This document shows positions 57,192 to 64,000 of a stretch of DNA of 64,000 nt, one piece after another. Numbering within the stretch: the stretch's first letter is position 1; each line of letters begins with the position of its first letter. The stretch spans positions 62,001 through 126,000 of the forward strand of contig JAANOX010000078.1 of the NCBI GenBank assembly GCA_020184695.1, written 5' to 3'. The DNA is from Histomonas meleagridis 2922-C6/04-290x (Eukaryota > Protista > Parabasalia). A model generated the notes under the pieces. The model worked only from the letters and a program-made list of their open reading frames with translations, made no database searches and was not told where the DNA came from. The translations under genes were made by a program, and so were the position numbers.

Positions 57192-57843
57192 TTAATATGG
57201 AGACGCAGACAAAATTTAAATTTTTTATATTTTTATAAATAAATTCTATTAATCGATATAAGCGAAGAGCTGTGATAGGTTTTATTCGATCAATTTTTTT
57301 TTTTTAAGTTTTGAGAAAAATTGAAATTCATTGAGAATAGAATTTCGAACATATCTCAGTATTTTATTTATCACATATATTCAAATGGACACTTGTGTGA
57401 AGTATATTTTATTTCGTTTTCTTCAAATATTTGGAATATAGTTTCAATTTAATTTTATGTCGAAAAATGTATTATATTAATTTCTTCATATCTTATTAAT
57501 TTAAAGAAATAATAGCACTTCTTTCTTTTATATTAAAGAAAAAATCTCAAGAAATGATGAAAAGGTTTTTCAAAAATTCAATATTTCTCGAAATTTCTTG
57601 ATGATTTTTTTTACTCTTGATAAAGTAAAGTAAAAATTTTTGATTTTTTATAAAAGTACTTTTTCTCAAAAACTATCAGATAAAAACCAAAATGATTATG
57701 TTTTTCAATATGCATATAACATTTCCGACATACCATATAAATTTGGTAATGAATCTATCGTGAGATTTTATAAATCCACCTATTTTTCAACTATCGTTCG
57801 TTTGTCGCTGACATGTGAAGTCAAATTCTCCATAACCGACCAA

Positions 57844-58599
57844 ATGGAAAGCTCTTCGACCATAAAATTAGCATGTTTAGGAACACTTGGTTTTCATGAT
57901 AGTGAGAAAGGACGCACAGCATGCTATATGATACCTGAACTCGGAATTGTTTTTGATTGTGGATCTGGTTTATTTAGGGTGATGAAAAATCTTCGAACAA
58001 AAGAAATTGACATTTTCCTTTCTCACTCACATGTTGATCATGTCGCAGGGTTACCAGTTCTTTTAGAAGTCTTTGAAGTTGGACATATCGAAAAAATACG
58101 TTTTCATTCAGAAAAAGATATTTTAAATGCTGCAAAGTCTCTTTTAGAAAGGCCTTATTTTCCAGTTCATGTTGAAATAGAGTACATTCCATTTGAAGAC
58201 AACAAACCAATTGAACTTCCAAATGGATGTAAGGTTACATATTTCAAATTAAATCACACAGATCCTTGTTATGGCTATAGGGTTGAAAGAAGTGATATTT
58301 CTTTTGCTTATATAACAGATACAACATCAAATGAAGAATCTGAATATATTAAAGATGTTGTTGGTGTCAAAGTATTAGCTCATGAAATGTACTGTAACCA
58401 AAGCCAACATGAAATTGCACCACATATAGGTCATACATCAACACTTGGATTGAAACAATTTGTTGATAAAGTTAAACCAGAAAAAGTTATTGCAATACAC
58501 CATAATCCTAATGGTGATTTGGAGTCAATTGAGAAAGAAGGACATGAAATGATTCCGAATTTAGTTTTTGCAAAAGATAATCTTGAAATCGATATTTAA
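57844..58599 (+). CDS. metallo-beta-lactamase fold hydrolase (RNase Z/BN-like, short form)
   Basis: LGTLG, FDCGSG, SHSHVDH, LNHTDPCYGY, YITDT, AHEMY, GHTS and IHH; likely ATG at 57844. Confidence 0.8.
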   Translation: MESSSTIKLACLGTLGFHDSEKGRTACYMIPELGIVFDCGSGLFRVMKNLRTKEIDIFLSHSHVDHVAGLPVLLEVFEVGHIEKIRFHSEKDILNAAKSLLERPYFPVHVEIEYIPFEDNKPIELPNGCKVTYFKLNHTDPCYGYRVERSDISFAYITDTTSNEESEYIKDVVGVKVLAHEMYCNQSQHEIAPHIGHTSTLGLKQFVDKVKPEKVIAIHHNPNGDLESIEKEGHEMIPNLVFAKDNLEIDI

Positions 58600-59126
58600 C
58601 AATCCTTTGTAGTAAACGAAACTTCACTCACCTTAAGGGAAAAGAATTGTCCTGAATCAACTCGAACAGCATTTGTTTGTTACTTTAAACTGAGCAAAAA
58701 TCAAAATTGCCATTTTCCATAATTTTGGGTTTTTTTGAGGCAAAATAAAAAAGCCAAATAAAAAGTCAGGAAATTTCTTTTTCTTTATGTTTAAGGCTAT
58801 ATAATCAACAGCTTCAAACTTTAAATATTAAACCCATCAGAATTTAACTGTTTCTATTTTATGTTTAATAATTTGAGATTTAATATATAGTTTCATACAA
58901 ATTTTTTTTTCTTAATATATTTATTAACATGTCATTGCATGAGTAATATTTTGTTCTAACACATTTACAATGTATCATTTTACACATAATATTCGGTTGA
59001 ATTTTGTTATTATTTATTTTTAAAATTAGTGAAAAATAATGTTTTGGAGAGCATTATCAAGGACAGCCCTTAAGAAAAATTGGTAAATAGTGCAACAAAT
59101 TTGGAAAAAGTTACAAGTTTTTGCCC

Positions 59127-60955
59127 CTATTCTAAAAGTAATTTAACAATTTCATTGTGACCTCCCCTATATGCATACATTCGTGCTGTTCTAAATAATT
59201 TAAATAATTTCCAAATATTATTATGAAACATAAAATTATTAAAATAAATCCTAAATAAAACAAATAAATATCTTTTGCATTAATATCAATTCCTTCTTGT
59301 TCAAGAAGTAATTTAACTATTTCTGTATCACCTTTTGAAGATGCCAAAATAAGTGCTGTTTCAAATATTTAAAATAATTTCCAAATATTATTATGAAACA
59401 TAAAATTATTATAATAAATTTTAAATAAAACAAATAAATATCTTTTGCATTAATATCAATTCCTTCTTGTTCAAGAAGTAATTTAACTATTTCTGTATCA
59501 CCTTTTGAAGATGCTTTTATAAGTGCTGTCCAAAATAATTTAAATAATTTCCAAATATTATTATGAAACATAAAATTATTATAATAAATTTTAAATAAAA
59601 CAAATAAATATCTTTTGCATTAATATCAATTCCTTCTTGTTCAAGAAGTAATTTAACAATTTCTGTATGACCTTTTGAAGATGCCAAAATAAGTGCTGTT
59701 TCAAACACTTCTAATAATTTCCAAATATTATTTTGAAATATCAAATTATTATAATAAATACTAAATAAAACAAATAAATATCATCAGCATTAATATCAAT
59801 TCCTTTTTGCTTTAAAATGTATGTAACAAGTTCAATATTTCCTGAAAATGAAGCAAAAACTAAAGTATTTACTGGAAGTTGATTATTTTTATGGAAATAT
59901 TTTACAAGAAAAATATTTCCAATTTTTACTGCTTCATTAATGATATTTTCATTAATTTTCATTCCTTCTTTTTCTAAATATATAAAAATTTCATAATTAA
60001 AATAAGAAATGCATTTTTCTCCTAATTCTTTTAATTGATTAATATCTTCAATTTTATTTTCATAAAAATATTTAAAGATCTCATTTTGATGAAACATAAT
60101 TGCTGTTTCATATGCACCTTCAAATGATGGATGATATTGTTCGCATAAATGAATGATTTCTTCATTTCCACCTGCAACAGCGTATTTACCTGTTTTTTCG
60201 ACACTTGCATGATTCATAAGTAAATATTTAAAACATTTAACTGATGAAAAAAATGCTGCATAATCAATTAATGTAACATTTTTATGATTAATAAATGAAT
60301 ATCTTTCATAAAGTGATGGTTCAATTGTTTGATTAAAATCAAAATTTGATTGTGACGATATTTCTTGTAGTTTTTCAATTTCATCATTTCGAATTATTTT
60401 AGCAATTTCATTTGGATTAACTCCTTCTTTAATTAATTGTTTATGAAGTTCAAAATCATTCTTTGATAGTTCTTCATAATCAATATTTTCTTGATCAAAT
60501 AAATACTTATATTTATCTAATTTATCTTGATTAATATGAACAAAAAATGGATTAAATGTATTTTTGATGAATTTTGATTCAAGTAAATTATAATTAATCA
60601 TGTAATTAAGTAAATAAAATGATTCTTGTGTGTTTTCTTTAAGTAAAAATTGAGCAAATAAATTTATTATTTTTGTGTTAATTTTATTATTTTCTTCATA
60701 TTTTTCAATTTCTTGTAATAATCTCAAATATATATCAAAATTATTACTATTAATCAGAAGAGATGTATATATCATTCGGTTTATAGTGATATCATAAGAC
60801 ATTGGATATTCTTTACAAAATTTGCTGATAATAAAATTTGATGATTGAGCAAAATTATCTATATTCAAACCAAAGATTATGTTTTTGAGCGTTGTAAGTG
60901 TTTCCCATTCGTTTTGAGATTTCTGACTTGTTGTTGCTGTTTGCTTTTTGTCCAT
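59127..60955 (-). CDS. DUF3447/ankyrin gene with four 77-nt inserts
   Basis: ORF 59741-60955 continues as ankyrin segments at an exact 170-nt period; ends RTARMYAYRGGHNEIVKLLLE*. Confidence 0.75.
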
Positions 60956-61387
60956 CTTGAACTAATAAACTACTCAATAACTTAGTATTGAATTTTGTGA
61001 ATATTCGCTTTTTCTAAATTTTACTTGATCGGTTTCAGTTCAAAAAGTGAAAATCGTACCGATAACCGCCGGAAAGTGTGCAAACAGTTTGATCGCTTTT
61101 CTATAAAATGAACTAAGTCGAAGAACTTATCCATCAACAAAATCAGATGCTCAAGAGCACCCATTTCTGAAGGACGTATTTTGTTGGTTATCACATGAAT
61201 TAACAAAATTTATGTCGTTTTCAAAAACATAAATCTGACAAAACATCGTAAGGTTTCAATGTTTATTGATCGTTATTCTCAATTTCCACACTTTTTGTCA
61301 AACAGTTTTAAAATGTTCCAAAAACTAAAAGGAAATAAGGATAAAAAGTTTAAAACTATTCCAAAAAATTCTTTACCTTCCCATTAT

Positions 61388-62632
61388 TTAGCATAATTTA
61401 ACCTTCTTGCAAATTGTTTCAGCATCATACTTCTTGGTGATTAAGTCGATTATTGTTGGAAGGCGTTTTTCGATAATTGATGTGCAGAGTGTCTGAAGTT
61501 GAGTTAATGGGAGTTTCTTGCAGATTGATGTGTCAACATGATACTTGTCGATGACGTTTTGAGCCCATTTGACGACGATCTTACATACATTGCACCTATC
61601 AACATTAGAAATTCCGGCTGGGATTTCGATTTCGAGGTCGTCATTGGCTGTTGTATACTTCTTGCAAACAGATGGAGCACGAAGAATACCAGCTGGTCCA
61701 TACTTCCTAACGATTTCACTGTAACATTTCATGTATTGAACCATACCTTCAAGTGTGCTGATTTCTTCTACTTCTTCATCTTCATCATTTGAGCCAATGC
61801 AAACGTTCTTGCAACGAACTGCTGCAACTCCTAGACCTAAGACTGGGCCATGGATAACAACTTGAGCAGCAACACATGTAGCACATTGAGCGTCACCATT
61901 AGCTGATTCATCACCATCATTTCTATTATATAAGAAGTAACAGCTTTCATTAGCAGCTGTGAATCCTTTGTAAATGAACTTCTTTACACAGTCATTATAT
62001 TCGAAGATATTATTGCTTTCTTCTTCAACTCCATTTGAGCATCTGCTTGGGCATTGCTTGGCTGCATTGATTGGACCATTAATTGGGCCATATTGAGAAA
62101 TCATTTGAGCAAGGCAGGAAGCATAGCATCCAACTGTGTCAAAAACACCGTTTTCGACTTCATCATCGGAGTTCTTTGCGCAAATGCTTGGACATTTCTT
62201 AAGGGCCATGACTGGACCTAAGACTGAACCGTAGATGGCAATTTGTTGTGCAAGGCAGATGGCGCATGTAGCATATGAATTTTCACCAACTTCTTCAACA
62301 TAATATTCTTCGTCGTTTGAACCGCAAAGCTTGATGCGTTGGCAGATGTTAGCCTTGGCGAGACCAGATGAAGCTAAGTTCATGATTGTTCCAAGGAAAT
62401 TGTTAACGATTGAATTGCAAAGTGTCTTAGCAGCTGAGTTAGATAACTTGTTGCAAGCTTTAAGTGCTGCGTTTTTGACGTATGATTGAACCTTGGAATT
62501 CTTTAATGCGGATTGAATTGCTGAAACAACTGTCTTGCAAACTGAGCAAGCATCAGCATTAGAAAGTCCCTGTGGGATTTCGATTTTAGGAAGTTGTTTC
62601 GACAATGATTGAACAAGGAGAATAGCGAACAT
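61388..62632 (-). CDS. secreted saposin-like polyprotein (two SapB domains plus five Cys-paired peptide modules)
   Basis: Signal MFAILLVQSLS; CSVC...C...LC...IC..IKLC and CNVC...C...LC...IC..VKLC; acidic spacers; Inr TCATTC just before ATG 62632. Confidence 0.85.
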   Translation of the reverse strand: MFAILLVQSLSKQLPKIEIPQGLSNADACSVCKTVVSAIQSALKNSKVQSYVKNAALKACNKLSNSAAKTLCNSIVNNFLGTIMNLASSGLAKANICQRIKLCGSNDEEYYVEEVGENSYATCAICLAQQIAIYGSVLGPVMALKKCPSICAKNSDDEVENGVFDTVGCYASCLAQMISQYGPINGPINAAKQCPSRCSNGVEEESNNIFEYNDCVKKFIYKGFTAANESCYFLYNRNDGDESANGDAQCATCVAAQVVIHGPVLGLGVAAVRCKNVCIGSNDEDEEVEEISTLEGMVQYMKCYSEIVRKYGPAGILRAPSVCKKYTTANDDLEIEIPAGISNVDRCNVCKIVVKWAQNVIDKYHVDTSICKKLPLTQLQTLCTSIIEKRLPTIIDLITKKYDAETICKKVKLC

Positions 62633-62671
62633 GAATGAATTTGACAACCGCATTGAATTATCCCAAATCTT

Positions 62672-62701
62672 GTCAGTTTGACAAAACTATGTCAAACTGA
62701 C
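62672..62701. promoter_or_regulatory. 12-bp palindromic element upstream of the saposin gene
   Basis: GTCAGTTTGACA-aaacta-TGTCAAACTGAC, 40-70 nt upstream of the ATG. Confidence 0.5.
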
Positions 62702-63069
62702 TGCCTATCGTAGATATCTTTTGGATTGGTCGAAACTTCTCAAACAAATTGAAGATCGAAAAAGAATATTCTGCAATATAATCTTTAAATAATGAATTCA
62801 TTAATATTAATATCACTATGTATTGTATATGTTTCTTGTACCATGTTTGAATGTAGTTGCTTTTTATAGTTTTTGGAGATTTTTATATTTGAAATCAAAG
62901 GAGAATTTCAAAGGAGAAATAGTTTAACGTCTTTTGACAAGGAGTTAAAAAACCTCATAGAAAATATTGAATGAAAAATGTGATTATAAACGTTTGAAAA
63001 AAATCGTGAAAATTTTCATGAAAGCGTTATTTGAAGTTTGAATTTATTCAAAAACAAATTTTTCTCACA

Positions 63070-63990
63070 AAAAGTTAATTTCGCGCCCTTTTGCATTGGT
63101 GCCCATCCTCAAATCCTTCAGTCACAATTGTGTTACTTAAAACCTTAAATACTACAACATAAGCTCAATCACCACCAACATTACGTTATCGATAAATATC
63201 AATGGTAGCATTATTACAAATACTAAACACAGAAAATTTTGATGAAATGTTAAATATTTTCTTACCAGAAGTTGTTGGAGCATCAAAACACATAAAACAG
63301 TTAATGATTTCATAAAATAAGGACAATCATCAACACCATTGTTATTACATATATCTGTTAGTATAACACCAAACTCATGTTATTTTGTAAGGGCTACAAT
63401 TGATGCTATTGAATGTATAATTTCATGAAATGTTAACCTTGAAGATCTTGGACAGTTTTGTTTAATATGTTTTAAGGGTGCTGGTTCTAATCCGTGAGTT
63501 ACAAGTGTTTCATTGTGTATTGCAATTTTCGAAAACATTAATTTCTCGACTACCGAAATTTGTTTAATTTTCCCAAGTTGGTGTAATATGATAATACTTT
63601 GGAATTAGCTCAAATTTCAGGATATCCAATTATTTCATCAATTTTTCTACCTGACATAAAATGATTTGAAAATGGAATTGTTATATTTTAACAATTTTTG
63701 GTTGAACAAAATTATGATCAATCTATTTCCTTTGAGAGAAAATATGATTCTTGTGTTTTTATGTAGAAGGAAACATGAAAATACATCAAATATTCTGGGT
63801 TTGATTTGTTTCATTTCTTTTGATCTGTCAACTTCTTCAAAAAAAGTGAAAATAAATATTTAAATTATTTGCTTGATAGATAGTAATGTATCCAATTCAG
63901 TTTTTTATTCTCTTCTTTATCGCTTTGTATTTTCTTTAAAAAAATGTAATATAAGGCATTACACTGAACAAATACATAAAATGAGGTGGT
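63070..63990 (-). pseudogene. decayed coding region with DUF3447-family N-terminal similarity
   Basis: KNTQESYFL matches KNTQESYYL of the 5302 gene; many stops; downstream part resembles the 249-bp inverted repeat arm. Confidence 0.4.
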
Positions 63991-64000
63991 TGCAGAAAGG

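Noticed and set aside
59060-59129. TA-GGGGCAAAAA element end truncating the ankyrin gene
   Set aside because: No matching opposite end was found; it may be a decayed EKGAK coding tail.

Overview
AT-rich eukaryotic DNA from a parabasalid (trichomonad-type) protist. This assignment rests on a hydrogenosomal succinyl-CoA ligase beta subunit with an MLSTSFSRK presequence, Inr (TCAYT) and M3-like promoter motifs, near-absent canonical introns, and expanded BspA, DUF3447-ankyrin and saposin-like families. Housekeeping genes include a TOR-like PIKK, RPL27, RPL6, RPL8, RPS29, RIO2, an eIF3j-like gene, NEMF/Rqc2, SCS-beta and a PEMT-like gene. They are interspersed with many pseudogenes and small inverted-repeat elements. 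The main unexplained feature is that ankyrin repeats at several independent loci, on both strands, are each interrupted at the same codon position (after INAK[D/N], before xTAL). The interrupting sequence is a 77-78 nt AT-rich insert that breaks the frame, has a conserved core and potential hairpin, and lacks GT-AG ends. The intervening 93-nt ankyrin segments are diverged from each other yet stop-free, which suggests an undescribed non-canonical intron or RNA-processing system. Other highlights are a saposin polyprotein carrying five small Cys-paired peptides between acidic Asn-rich spacers, and a perfect 249-bp inverted repeat enclosing a 61-aa Cys-rich gene. All assignments come from reading the sequence by eye; no searches were run.
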